64,000 nt of DNA from a candidate division WWE3 bacterium RIFOXYC1_FULL_40_10 (GTDB lineage: Bacteria > Patescibacteriota > WWE3 > UBA101185 > UBA10185), in NCBI GenBank assembly GCA_001773215.1, contig MEWB01000001.1, positions 242,488 through 306,487 on the forward strand, in the 5' to 3' direction. Under the pieces are notes generated by a model. The model ran no database searches, was not told the origin of the DNA, and was given only the letters and a program-made list of their open reading frames with translations. How positions within the stretch are numbered: position 1 is the first letter of the stretch; every line of letters begins with the position of its first letter. The position numbers were made by a program, and so were the translations under genes. Positions 17,966 through 27,149 of the stretch are shown here, piece by piece.

Positions 17966-18979
17966 CTATCTAAATACTATTCCGCCCCCATAAAACTTTC
18001 TAATATCATCCAATCCGAATTTTTGCATTACTAAACGGTCCAGACCCAATCCAAACGCGTATCCCGTGTAAACATCAGGATCAATACCACACGCCTTTAA
18101 TGTGTTGTAATGGATCATCCCCGACCCCAGCGACTCAATCCATCCCCTACCCTTGCAAACTGAGCATCCAGCGCCTTTGCAGAACTTACACAGCATATCA
18201 GTACCCATTCCCGGGGAAACTTCCGGGTAATACTTGTATCTAAACCTTAATACAACATCATCTCCGAACAGAAACTTATGTAATTCAGTTAAAGTGCCCT
18301 TTAAATGCTGAATTGTAATTCCTTTGTCTACAACAAAACCTTGGTAGTGGTGAAAAAAAGGAGTATTTGTTTGGCTGGCTGTTTCATTTCGATACACCTT
18401 TCCCGATGCAACTGCCCTAATCGGCGGATCATATTGAGTTAACACTCTTGATTCAATAGAGGAAGTATGTGTTCTCATCAAAATATCCGGTTCGCTAATA
18501 AATAACGTGTCCTGTAAGTCCGTTGCCGGGTGGCCTTCGGGTAAATTTAGTTTTCTAAAGTTAAATTCCGCTTCTTCAATTTCCTGCCCGTCAACAACTG
18601 AAAACCCGTAATATCTGAAAAACTTATCCAGTTCTCTAATAACGGTTTCCGTGGGGTGCATCATGCCGGTTTTTTGCGGGGGTAATAAATAGGAAAGATC
18701 AATCATAGGATCACCGATAGATTCCAGTGTAGCTTGTTCTCTTGCAGTTTCTATTTGTGCTTTAATTTTCTCGGATACTTTATTTAGTTCAGCCGCCACT
18801 TTCCTTTTCTCTTCAGCAGACAACTCGGGGACGAGCTTCATAAGCTTTGTTATAGTACCATGATTTTTAGAGAAGTATTTTAGGTAGAGCTCATCAAACT
18901 CACCTAACAGGCTAGACTCTTTTAGGTCAGCTAAAAACTGCTTTTCCAATAATTTTATATCTTCGAGACTTAAAGGCAC
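17966..18979 (-). CDS. pheS: Phenylalanyl-tRNA synthetase alpha subunit with a CxxC...CxxC zinc-ribbon insertion
   Basis: 337 aa; class II aaRS motifs; CKFCKGAGCSVCKG insertion. Confidence 0.92.
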   Translation of the reverse strand: MPLSLEDIKLLEKQFLADLKESSLLGEFDELYLKYFSKNHGTITKLMKLVPELSAEEKRKVAAELNKVSEKIKAQIETAREQATLESIGDPMIDLSYLLPPQKTGMMHPTETVIRELDKFFRYYGFSVVDGQEIEEAEFNFRKLNLPEGHPATDLQDTLFISEPDILMRTHTSSIESRVLTQYDPPIRAVASGKVYRNETASQTNTPFFHHYQGFVVDKGITIQHLKGTLTELHKFLFGDDVVLRFRYKYYPEVSPGMGTDMLCKFCKGAGCSVCKGRGWIESLGSGMIHYNTLKACGIDPDVYTGYAFGLGLDRLVMQKFGLDDIRKFYGGGIVFR

Positions 18980-19006
18980 TATTTAATCTTACACTTTTTG
19001 GAGACT

Positions 19007-19363
19007 TTATTTAAGATGAGGTTTAACCAACTCAACTACTTTTTCAAATGCTCCAAAATCTTTTACAGCTAATTCTGACAGCATTTTTCTGTTTAATTCA
19101 ACATTTGCTCTTTTTAAGGCCGGAATAAATCTCGAGTACTTAATACCGAATTTGTCTAATCCCGCGTTAAGCCTAACTATCCAAAGTTGTCTTAAATCTC
19201 TTCGTCTTTTAGCTCTCCCTGCGAATGCATGCTCACCCGCTCTTAGAACAGCTTGATTAGCTCTTGTAAAGATCAAATGGCGACTCATTCTATAACCTTT
19301 TGCAAGGCCTATGACTTTTTTGTGTTGTCTTCTTGTTCTAAATCCACCTTTAACTCTTGGCAT
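19007..19363 (-). CDS. rplT: 50S ribosomal protein L20
   Basis: 118 aa; MPRVKGGFRTRRQHKKV... canonical L20. Confidence 0.93.
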   Translation of the reverse strand: MPRVKGGFRTRRQHKKVIGLAKGYRMSRHLIFTRANQAVLRAGEHAFAGRAKRRRDLRQLWIVRLNAGLDKFGIKYSRFIPALKRANVELNRKMLSELAVKDFGAFEKVVELVKPHLK

Positions 19364-19377
19364 ATATTTTCCTTAAC

Positions 19378-19581
19378 CTAGGCAAACTTGTTTAATAACT
19401 TTCTAAGAATTCTTATGTGTCCCTTGTTTTCCTGAATAACAGTTTTTCTTTTACGATATTTCCTAGAAGAGTCCATTTTTCTTTTTAAATGACCCGTTCT
19501 AGACTGCTTCTTCATAAGCTTACCGTTTTTAGTGACTCTAATTCTTTTTGTTAATGTTTTCTTAGTTTTCATTTTAGGCAT
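19378..19581 (-). CDS. rpmI: 50S ribosomal protein L35
   Basis: 67 aa; MPKMKTKKTLTKRIRVTKNGK canonical L35. Confidence 0.9.
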   Translation of the reverse strand: MPKMKTKKTLTKRIRVTKNGKLMKKQSRTGHLKRKMDSSRKYRKRKTVIQENKGHIRILRKLLNKFA

Positions 19582-19595
19582 ACATTGGTCTCATT

Positions 19596-20084
19596 TCATT
19601 TGTGAACAAATACAGTAGAAATCCATCCGGGAGTAGTTTTAGGTTCCCCGTCTTGTTTAGCTACTTCTTCTAACCCTTTTTCCATCAGTTTTAGTTTATC
19701 CATCGCTACCTCAGGATACTTTTTTTCTCTTCCCTGCATCTGAACTGTTACTTTAACACGATCGCCGTTTTTTATAAACTCTATCGCTCTTTCCACTCTG
19801 GTATCAAGGTCTCCCTGCCCTATTGTGGGTCCGATTCTGAATTCTTTCAGCTCGCTTTTTTTTGCCTTTACTTTGTTCTGGCTCTTTTTTTTGCGTTCCA
19901 TGTACAAGAACTTAGTAAAATCCATGATCCTCGCTACAGGCGGGTTAGACTGAGGTGCTATTAGGACCAGGTCTAGTTCTGCTTTTCTGGCCTTAGTTAG
20001 CGCTTCTTCGGTAGGTACTACACCCAAGTTTTCTCCAGACTCAGCCAACAGGCGGACCTGCTTTTCTCGAATTTTATCATTAAT
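19596..20084 (-). CDS. infC: Translation initiation factor IF-3; true start probably a non-AUG (ATT) codon upstream of the ORF-track start (20048)
   Basis: 150-aa ORF carries IF-3 core; in-frame upstream codons encode INDKIREKQVRL, matching the conserved IF-3 N-terminus; two in-frame ATT codons at 20070 and 20082. Confidence 0.8.
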   Translation of the reverse strand: MNDKIREKQVRLLAESGENLGVVPTEEALTKARKAELDLVLIAPQSNPPVARIMDFTKFLYMERKKKSQNKVKAKKSELKEFRIGPTIGQGDLDTRVERAIEFIKNGDRVKVTVQMQGREKKYPEVAMDKLKLMEKGLEEVAKQDGEPKTTPGWISTVFVHK

Positions 20085-20195
20085 ATAATAATAGTCCGTT
20101 TTTTGTTTGGCTTTGTTATTTACAACTCGTATAGGTTTTTACCTCCTCAGACCAGGATAAATTACCACAACAGCAGGGCTTTCGCAAGATCTTAT

Positions 20196-21989
20196 CTACC
20201 AAAGTGTCAATGATCTATCTTTTGATAGTTTTCCTGCTTTTTGTGCAAAATCTTTAACTGATACTGTACCGGGCTTTTCTTCAGTTCTTAGGCGTACGCT
20301 TACGGATTCCTCTTTTGCTTCTCTATCCCCTACTATAAGCATATACGGTATTTTTTGCTCTTGAGCCTGGCGAATTTTTGCCTGCATTGTGTCTTCTCTG
20401 TCGCTTACCTCAACCCTTAAGCCTTCTTTTTGCAGTTCTTTTTGCACTTTATACGCATATTCAAGGTGGGTTTCTGATATAGGGATCACAATTGCTTGAA
20501 CCGGTGACAACCAAAGTGGAAAGGCCCCTGCAAAATGCTCAATCAGGAAACCCACGAATCTTTCGGATGAGCCTAAAGGTGCCCTATGTTGAACCACTAC
20601 GTATTTTTCCTGGCCGTCCTTATCCGTGTATTTTAAATCAAACCTTTCGGGCATATATAAATCAATTTGGTTTGTAGATATACCGTACTCGTTGCCTATG
20701 ACCGATTTGATTTTAAAATCCATTTTAGGGCCATAGTGTGCGGCACCTTCATTCACAACTTCGTACCTGATTCCGGCCTTATCCATTGCAGCCTTAGATA
20801 ATTCTTCGGCTTTTTTCCACATTTCTTCGTTGCCGTGGTATTTATCTAGTTTACTTGGGTCTCGTAAAGCTAATACTATGTAATAGTCTTTGAGTCCAAG
20901 GGCGTCATAGTAAAATCTGTGTAGATCTATTATTTCCACGAACATATCAATAGCCTGTTCCTGTGTGCAATACACGTGCGCGTCGTTTTGAACGAAGTAT
21001 CTGGGTCTTAAAATACCGTTTAATGCCCCTGCGTTTTCGTACCTTGCCACGGTCCCGTATTCTGCCATTCTTAAGGGTAGTTCTCTATAACTTCTGATTT
21101 TTGACTTAAAAATCATGTGGTGGAAAGGACAGTTCATTGGTTTAAGGAAGTATTCCTCATCCTTATCGCCTGGTACCTGAACTTTGTACATTTCATCTTC
21201 GAAGTATGGGACATGGCTTGAAATCTCGAAAAGTTTACGCTTAGTCATAATCGGAGTTGAGACTCTAACATATCCCCACTTGTCCTCGGTTTCTTTGCCC
21301 CATCTTTCAAGCTCTTCCTTAACTATTGTTCCTTTGGGTAGCCAAAGTGGAAGTCCGGGGCCAATCTCCTCAGCGAATGTGAACAGTTCCAATTCTCTGC
21401 CGATCTTTCTATGATCTCTTTTTTTGGTTTCTTCAAGTAATTCCAAATGGTTAGTTAAATTTTCCTGTGAGTCAAAGGCTGTAGCGTATATGCGGGTCAA
21501 CATTTTGTTATTCTCATTGCCTTTGTAGTAGGCGCCGGCGACAGATAAGAGTTTAAATGCTTTTACAGAACCAGTGCTTTCAGCGTGAGGGCCGGAGCAT
21601 AAATCAATATCGTGGAATCTGCTGCTTTCACCCCCCATTTCGTAAACTGTAATTTCTTCTCCCCTGCTCTCAATTTCAGAAATTGTATCAAGCTTGTAGG
21701 GGTTTGACGCAAATAATTCTTTGGCATCTTCAGCAGAGATAATTCTCTTAACGAGAGGTAAATCTGCAGTAATTATTTCGGCCATTAAACTCTCGATTCT
21801 TTCAAAATCGGAGTCGCTTATTTTTTGATCCAGATCGAAATCGAAGTAGAAGCCATTTCCTATTGGCGGCCCCATTACTTTTTTAAGGTTTGGGTACAGC
21901 AGCTGCATAGCCGTGTGTAAAACATGTTCAGCCGTATGGCGCAAAGGCATTAAAGGATCATCTTTTAATTCAGTGTTTATTTTAGACAT
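20196..21989 (-). CDS. thrS: Threonyl-tRNA synthetase (lacks N-terminal TGS domain)
   Basis: 597 aa; editing-domain HxxxH (HTAEHVLHTA), class II catalytic core and C-terminal anticodon-binding domain. Confidence 0.92.
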   Translation of the reverse strand: MSKINTELKDDPLMPLRHTAEHVLHTAMQLLYPNLKKVMGPPIGNGFYFDFDLDQKISDSDFERIESLMAEIITADLPLVKRIISAEDAKELFASNPYKLDTISEIESRGEEITVYEMGGESSRFHDIDLCSGPHAESTGSVKAFKLLSVAGAYYKGNENNKMLTRIYATAFDSQENLTNHLELLEETKKRDHRKIGRELELFTFAEEIGPGLPLWLPKGTIVKEELERWGKETEDKWGYVRVSTPIMTKRKLFEISSHVPYFEDEMYKVQVPGDKDEEYFLKPMNCPFHHMIFKSKIRSYRELPLRMAEYGTVARYENAGALNGILRPRYFVQNDAHVYCTQEQAIDMFVEIIDLHRFYYDALGLKDYYIVLALRDPSKLDKYHGNEEMWKKAEELSKAAMDKAGIRYEVVNEGAAHYGPKMDFKIKSVIGNEYGISTNQIDLYMPERFDLKYTDKDGQEKYVVVQHRAPLGSSERFVGFLIEHFAGAFPLWLSPVQAIVIPISETHLEYAYKVQKELQKEGLRVEVSDREDTMQAKIRQAQEQKIPYMLIVGDREAKEESVSVRLRTEEKPGTVSVKDFAQKAGKLSKDRSLTLW

Positions 21990-22148
21990 AGTATTTAGTT
22001 ATTTTATGTTTAATTTACTAAAAAGGAAAGCTATTAAGATAAAAACAGTTATTTACCCCAAAACGGGGTTGTAGTAGTTTGTGTAGTTTTGAGTAAAAAC
22101 AGATTGTACACTAAGAATTGTTATACACTGGCCGGGTATTTCGGTCAA

Positions 22149-22185
22149 CAAAAAGCGGTGAGCAAAAATAGTTCTTGCTCACCGC
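22149..22185 (-). terminator. Rho-independent terminator for the 22191..22592 gene
   Basis: GCGGTGAGCAA...TTGCTCACCGC 11-bp stem followed on minus strand by TTTTT. Confidence 0.5.
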
Positions 22186-22190
22186 CTCAT

Positions 22191-22592
22191 TCACTCAGGT
22201 ACCCAGCACCCTAAGTCTTCGTTCACCCATCCGTATCCCTTGGAAGAGTCATAATTGGGGTTGGGGTTTTGCACTCGGATCATTCCGCCTGCCTTCCAGT
22301 CATTAATATCTCCCCCAACAACAACCTCCACAGTTTCCCCGGCATTCACTGTAAATAGCGGCCCAGATCCGGGGTTATACCCAAAGGGGCTTTGGAAAGC
22401 ACCAACCCGATCCCCAGTTGGTTGCCAGTATCCCACCACCCCCGATTTTACCGAGCCATTGGGCCGGTACAGTTTGCAGGGATCAGGGGTATCCCCGATC
22501 GTTCCGGCGGCCCATGCTGCTACCGTGCATCCGGAGGCCAGAATAGAGCCCATCAAAATCAGAGAAAAAATAGCGAAAAGGTGCTTTTTCAT
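22191..22592 (-). CDS. Secreted/lipoprotein-like Gly-rich hypothetical protein (133 aa), high GC
   Basis: Signal peptide with LASGC lipobox-like cysteine; AGGAGGATTAC SD; GC clearly above background. Confidence 0.55.
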   Translation of the reverse strand: MKKHLFAIFSLILMGSILASGCTVAAWAAGTIGDTPDPCKLYRPNGSVKSGVVGYWQPTGDRVGAFQSPFGYNPGSGPLFTVNAGETVEVVVGGDINDWKAGGMIRVQNPNPNYDSSKGYGWVNEDLGCWVPE

Positions 22593-22658
22593 GTAATCCT
22601 CCTTAGGGATTTTTTGATTTGAAAAGATATTCTTGAATTATATCATATACTATAGGTT

Positions 22659-22689
22659 TTGACAAACGTAGGGTCAGACCCTGTATAAT
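22659..22689 (+). promoter_or_regulatory. Candidate truB promoter TTGACA-19nt-TATAAT with AGGGTCaGACCCT palindrome in the spacer
   Basis: Consensus hexamers; perfect 6-bp inverted repeat at 22670..22682; GTG start follows closely (near-leaderless). Confidence 0.35.
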
Positions 22690-22695
22690 ATCCTC

Positions 22696-23373
22696 GTGAT
22701 ACTTAATATCTATAAAGAAAAAAACTGGACTTCGTTTGATGTGGTTGCCAAACTGCGAGGAGTTTTAAAAACTAAAAGAATCGGACATGCTGGTACATTA
22801 GATCCCCTGGCCGAGGGAGTCCTGATAATACTAACTGATGCCGACACCAAAAAGCAGGATTTTTTTATGAAACAGGTAAAAGAGTATGAGGCAGAGATTG
22901 CTTTTGGAATTACTACGCCTACCTGGGATTTGGAAATAACTCCCGACTTTGTTGGAAACATTCCCAGTGAAAAACAGGTTGATGAGCTAATTCCGAATTT
23001 TATTGGGGAAATCGAGCAAACAATACCAATGTATTCGGCCAAAAGAGTTGATGGTAAACATCTGTACGAACTCGCTCGAAAAGGATTAGAACCAACAAAG
23101 CCAGTAGCTAAAAAGAAAGTAGTTGTACACAATATAGAAAAGCTGGGTTTTGTTTCTCAGACTATTGTTACTACTCAGGGCGAAAAACAGGTTAATATTT
23201 TGCAGTGTAGAGTAACTTGTTCCTCTGGCACCTATGTTAGATCACTGGCGTTTGACATGGCAAATAAGCTTGGGACGGGTGGTATGCTTGTAAAACTCTT
23301 ACGAACAAAGGTGGGAGAATTCACTATTGCCGACGCTAAAAAGTTAACTGCTCTTGCTCAACCTGAACTTTAG
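22696..23373 (+). CDS. truB: tRNA pseudouridine(55) synthase TruB (GTG start)
   Basis: 225 aa; catalytic motif GHAGTLDPLAEGVL. Confidence 0.88.
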   Translation: MILNIYKEKNWTSFDVVAKLRGVLKTKRIGHAGTLDPLAEGVLIILTDADTKKQDFFMKQVKEYEAEIAFGITTPTWDLEITPDFVGNIPSEKQVDELIPNFIGEIEQTIPMYSAKRVDGKHLYELARKGLEPTKPVAKKKVVVHNIEKLGFVSQTIVTTQGEKQVNILQCRVTCSSGTYVRSLAFDMANKLGTGGMLVKLLRTKVGEFTIADAKKLTALAQPEL

Positions 23374-24196
23374 TTACCTTTAAAATGCCTGCTTTGGTGG
23401 CAAGTTGGATAAGTGGGTTTATCGTAATAGTAAAAAGAATTATCACAAGCCAGTCCAGCAGCTGGAAAGCTAAAAATACTGCTACAGCAAATGACGGCTG
23501 CAAAAAATTCGTATACGGTTGCACGGCTTTATTAATTTTCTCTGTAATATACTTGCCAAATTCCTCTTTTGAAGCGATAAACGAGGAGTTGTTTGTTAAC
23601 ATGTTTTTGGGAATCAAATTTGAGTCGCTAAATGCCTGCTCAATTGTGGATTCGATTTCTTGAGATACTACTTTATGAATAGGCTCTGTAATCACAGAAG
23701 CCACGGTTCGTCCGACATCCAAGTTTGATATATCTTGTGGCCTTACTAAAAAAGCGAATCCTGCTACAACACTAAAAACTGTGGTGAGAGTACTAATCGC
23801 TATTCTAAAGTTTGTTCGGGGGTTGAATTTTAAGAAAACATGTTTATACGATCTTTCATACTCGATTCCGGAAATTGATATAGCTAATGCGATTGCTACT
23901 AAAACCAGGGTATTAACAAGATCGTAATGGGGAAATCCAAGAATTATTCCCGTTACTAGTGCCAGAGGAGTAAGGAGCAACTCGGTATATTTGCTATTTG
24001 AGCACAGTAAAAAAGAATAGATATAGCAAACCAAGAGTAGTAGCAACACTGTCGCAATGGCTACATCGGGTGTAATTTTGAGAAATTCTACTCTGCGAAC
24101 AAATTGAGAGATATTTCGAGTAACTGCGTACGATAACGCCGCTAAAAGAACAAGCAAAGATAGTGTTTTTATTCTTTGTTCATTTAGGGCAGGCAT
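23336..24196 (-). CDS. Polytopic membrane protein, unknown function
   Basis: 286 aa with about 6 predicted TM segments. Confidence 0.5.
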   Translation of the reverse strand: MPALNEQRIKTLSLLVLLAALSYAVTRNISQFVRRVEFLKITPDVAIATVLLLLLVCYIYSFLLCSNSKYTELLLTPLALVTGIILGFPHYDLVNTLVLVAIALAISISGIEYERSYKHVFLKFNPRTNFRIAISTLTTVFSVVAGFAFLVRPQDISNLDVGRTVASVITEPIHKVVSQEIESTIEQAFSDSNLIPKNMLTNNSSFIASKEEFGKYITEKINKAVQPYTNFLQPSFAVAVFLAFQLLDWLVIILFTITINPLIQLATKAGILKVTKVQVEQEQLTF

Positions 24197-24202
24197 ACGT
24201 AG

Positions 24203-24583
24203 TTAATGGCCGGCTTTTTCGGATTCCTCAGCTTCTGCCTTTGTAGAATGAACTGTACCTTCGGGGTGATTGGGAGGTGAGTAAATTGTATACAGTTTCA
24301 AGTCATCAGCTAAGTTATTAATGATGTTATGATTTGATCCTGCAGGAACGATTAGTACGCCTTCCTTTTGGATGGTGTAGGATTCATCGTCAACCACTGC
24401 TTGTGCGCTCCCCTGCTCTATCCTAAAGAACTGGTCGACATTATGGTGAACTTCCATGCCTATTTCCTCACCGGGCTTAAGGCACATAACTACTAGCTGC
24501 ATGTGCTTGGCAGTAAATAGTACTTTTCGGAAATTATTATTTTCAAGGGTTTGAGCCTCGATGTTTGTTGTGAATGGTTGCAT
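24203..24583 (-). CDS. Cupin-domain protein
   Basis: 126 aa; cupin motifs G(x)5HxH-like (EVHHNVDQ) and second His-containing beta strand. Confidence 0.55.
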   Translation of the reverse strand: MQPFTTNIEAQTLENNNFRKVLFTAKHMQLVVMCLKPGEEIGMEVHHNVDQFFRIEQGSAQAVVDDESYTIQKEGVLIVPAGSNHNIINNLADDLKLYTIYSPPNHPEGTVHSTKAEAEESEKAGH

Positions 24584-24644
24584 GTATATATGATATCAGA
24601 AATAGCCGAATGAGTTTAAGTGTAAATAGAGAGCTATTCTTAAA

Positions 24645-24721
24645 TGGTGGGCGGTACAGGGATCGAACCTGTGACCTCCGCAATGTCACTGCGACGCTCT
24701 AACCAGCTGAGCTAACCGCCC
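24645..24721 (-). tRNA. tRNA-Val (GAC), CCA encoded
   Basis: Reverse complement GGGCGGTTAGCTCAGCTGGTTAGAGCGTCGCAGTGACATTGCGGAGGTCACAGGTTCGATCCCTGTACCGCCCACCA folds as cloverleaf with anticodon GAC. Confidence 0.85.
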
Positions 24722-24736
24722 ACGATCAAGATACAG

Positions 24737-25351
24737 CTACTTTTTCTTAGGGGACATCATTTTATCAATAATACCGTATTTTAGGGTTTCCTCAGCAGAC
24801 ATCCAGTAATCTCTATCTATATCCTTTTTTACCTGTTCCATCTTTTTTCCGGACTCTTTGGCAATAATTTCGGCGTACTGATCCCGCAACCTAATCATAT
24901 GACGAGCTGTAATCTCTACATCACTTGCTTGCCCCTCTGCCCCACCCAACACCTGATGAATCATAGTATACGAACCTGGCAAGGCATATCTCTTACCTTT
25001 GGTGCCTCCAGCAAGTATTAAAGCCCCCGCTGATGCTGCTAGCCCTACGTTTATGGTGACAATATCGTTCTTAATGTGCTTCATAGTGTCATACATAGCT
25101 CTTCCTGCATAGGCCACTCCACCTTCTGAGTTTACATATACGCTGATGTCTCGATCGGGATTTTCGCTCTCTAAAAACAAAAGTTGCGCAATAAACGTGT
25201 TTGCTTCAGCCATATCAATTGGACCTGTAACAAACACAATGTAGTCTTTCAAAAGTCTGGAGTAGATATCGTAGGATCTTTCACCACCTGCTTCTTTTTC
25301 TACCACATATGGAATTAACGTATTTTTTGCGCTCATTTTATTTTTTGTCAT
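24737..25351 (-). CDS. clpP: ATP-dependent Clp protease proteolytic subunit
   Basis: 204 aa; Ser-His-Asp triad context (GLAASAG, MIHQ, D). Confidence 0.92.
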   Translation of the reverse strand: MTKNKMSAKNTLIPYVVEKEAGGERSYDIYSRLLKDYIVFVTGPIDMAEANTFIAQLLFLESENPDRDISVYVNSEGGVAYAGRAMYDTMKHIKNDIVTINVGLAASAGALILAGGTKGKRYALPGSYTMIHQVLGGAEGQASDVEITARHMIRLRDQYAEIIAKESGKKMEQVKKDIDRDYWMSAEETLKYGIIDKMMSPKKK

Positions 25352-26195
25352 TTTCTATTTCCTCAGCAAGTTGCGAAATTAATTTATTTTTTTGTAAAAT
25401 ACTTTTTATGTACATTCTTTCGGAGAAGCTTTTCATTCTGTCAGCAATTTTTGGGTCTCCTGCCGCCTGAATCATTTGATCGATCTCTTCATCCGAAACC
25501 TCTACTTTTTCATCCTCTATTATTTTGAGTAACCCAAGTTCCGCAACCAAGTTTCTCTCAGCTATTTTGTTGTACTCGCCTCTAAGCTGATCAGAAGTTT
25601 TATTTTGGGACTTTAAATATTGTTCTAAAGATAGACCTATCGTTTGAGCCTGATCTACTAGCCGGGACATCATTCGATTAGCCTCGTCGTCGATTAACAT
25701 GTCTGAAACTTCGACTTTAGTTTCTTTCATTATTGCATCAATAATTTCGTTTGATCCCATATGTACATGATCGTGCTCACCCTTATCATTTTTTTCAACC
25801 TTATCTTTATAGCTATTACGAAGCAGCTTTCTAAAATCTCCCACTTTAACCTCCGGTTTAATAGCGATTGTAGCGACAAATTCGAAATCTTTTTCCAAGT
25901 CGAATTCTTTTATCTCAACTTTGGGATTGGCAATTGCTAGTATTGTGTTTTCTTTCAAAGCTTGTGGATAGTATTTTTGCAATAGATAATTAACAACCTC
26001 ACCGTATAGTTTAGAAACTCCAATCTTTTGCTCCACCATATCCTTCGGTGCCTTTCCTTTTCTAAAGCCATCAAGCTCGATATTTTCAACAGTGTCTTCT
26101 AAAACTTCGTCGTAAGCCTCTTTAACTTTTGCAGATTCTATGGTTACTGTGAGTTTTATAGTAGATTTTGGCATTTTTTCAACTTTTGTTTTCAT
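25338..26195 (-). CDS. tig: Trigger factor, short form (start moved to MKTKVEKMPK behind GAAGGGAAAAACT SD)
   Basis: N-terminal ribosome-binding signature GFRKGKAPK and PPIase domain; upstream of clpP as in tig-clpP operon. Confidence 0.82.
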   Translation of the reverse strand: MKTKVEKMPKSTIKLTVTIESAKVKEAYDEVLEDTVENIELDGFRKGKAPKDMVEQKIGVSKLYGEVVNYLLQKYYPQALKENTILAIANPKVEIKEFDLEKDFEFVATIAIKPEVKVGDFRKLLRNSYKDKVEKNDKGEHDHVHMGSNEIIDAIMKETKVEVSDMLIDDEANRMMSRLVDQAQTIGLSLEQYLKSQNKTSDQLRGEYNKIAERNLVAELGLLKIIEDEKVEVSDEEIDQMIQAAGDPKIADRMKSFSERMYIKSILQKNKLISQLAEEIENDKK

Positions 26196-26388
26196 AGTTT
26201 TTCCCTTCAAATTTACCGGCTCATTGTAGCATGATGCCGCTCTTTTGACTATCCCCGTACTATCGGATACACTCTGCACATATCTAAAATAAGGAGGAGA
26301 ATTATGACTTTAGAAAGTCTACGAGGCTAAGGAAAAATAAGTACTGATGAGAGGCTAACCGAGTATGCAGAAATGTGTGCTCGGATAT

Positions 26389-27108
26389 CTATTTTATAGA
26401 TACTGTAAACATTTCGTGAAATATATTATTCGCTGGAATTCCGTTTTCAACCAGCATATTTAAGGTGTCCTGTACCATATCCGGATGGCCGCAGATCAAG
26501 TATTGAGTGTTTTCCCTTTGAATCTCTATAAAGTTGGTTACTCGGCCTTGTTTAGTATTCTTTTCGGTGGCTTGTTCTCTGGATATGCAAATTTCGTAAG
26601 AAAAATTGGGTAATTCACTAGCCATTTTATCTAAAATATCTTTTTTGAATATTTCTTCACACACTTTTACCCCAAAATAAACTTTAATTGCGGACTCGCA
26701 CTTACTATGGCTTAAAGAGGAAAGCATGGAAAGGATCGGAGCTATTCCTGTTCCCGTGGCAATAAATACTAGGCTTTCGGCCAACAGCTCAGGCAGTATA
26801 AATCTCCCCGAAGGGCCTATAAATGTGATCTCCTGGCCTACCGACAGGTTTTTAAGGTAATTCGACCCTATCCCATCATGATCCACAGCGGCTAAGATAC
26901 TTATTGAGTCTTTGATGCCGGCATCCGAGCTAATTGAATAAGACCTAAAGCATGTTTCACCCACTTTCAAATTGATGAACTGCCCCGGAAGAAAAGCAAT
27001 TTCAGGAGGTGATGTCAATTTAAAAACAAACTCTACTACCTTGGAATTTAGTGTTTTCTTACTTTCTACAACTGCAGCATGCTTTAGAGGTTTTGGGAAT
27101 AGAAACAT
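26389..27108 (-). CDS. FAD/NAD(P)-binding oxidoreductase of the ferredoxin-NADP reductase-like family
   Basis: 239 aa; RSYSISS (RxYS FAD motif), GTGIAP NAD(P) motif. Confidence 0.65.
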   Translation of the reverse strand: MFLFPKPLKHAAVVESKKTLNSKVVEFVFKLTSPPEIAFLPGQFINLKVGETCFRSYSISSDAGIKDSISILAAVDHDGIGSNYLKNLSVGQEITFIGPSGRFILPELLAESLVFIATGTGIAPILSMLSSLSHSKCESAIKVYFGVKVCEEIFKKDILDKMASELPNFSYEICISREQATEKNTKQGRVTNFIEIQRENTQYLICGHPDMVQDTLNMLVENGIPANNIFHEMFTVSIK

Positions 27109-27149
27109 ATGGGTAGTTTACCAGAAATTGGATTTTTTGGTAGTATTAA

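Noticed and set aside
22000-22150. T-box or operator leader upstream of thrS
   Set aside because: No T-box core (AATTAGGGTGGTACCGCG-like) or obvious anticodon-like stem. The only hairpin is the terminator of the adjacent gene.
26196-26279. 28-aa N-terminal extension of trigger factor from a GTG start
   Set aside because: The internal ATG has a clear SD, and the conserved TF N-terminus begins there.
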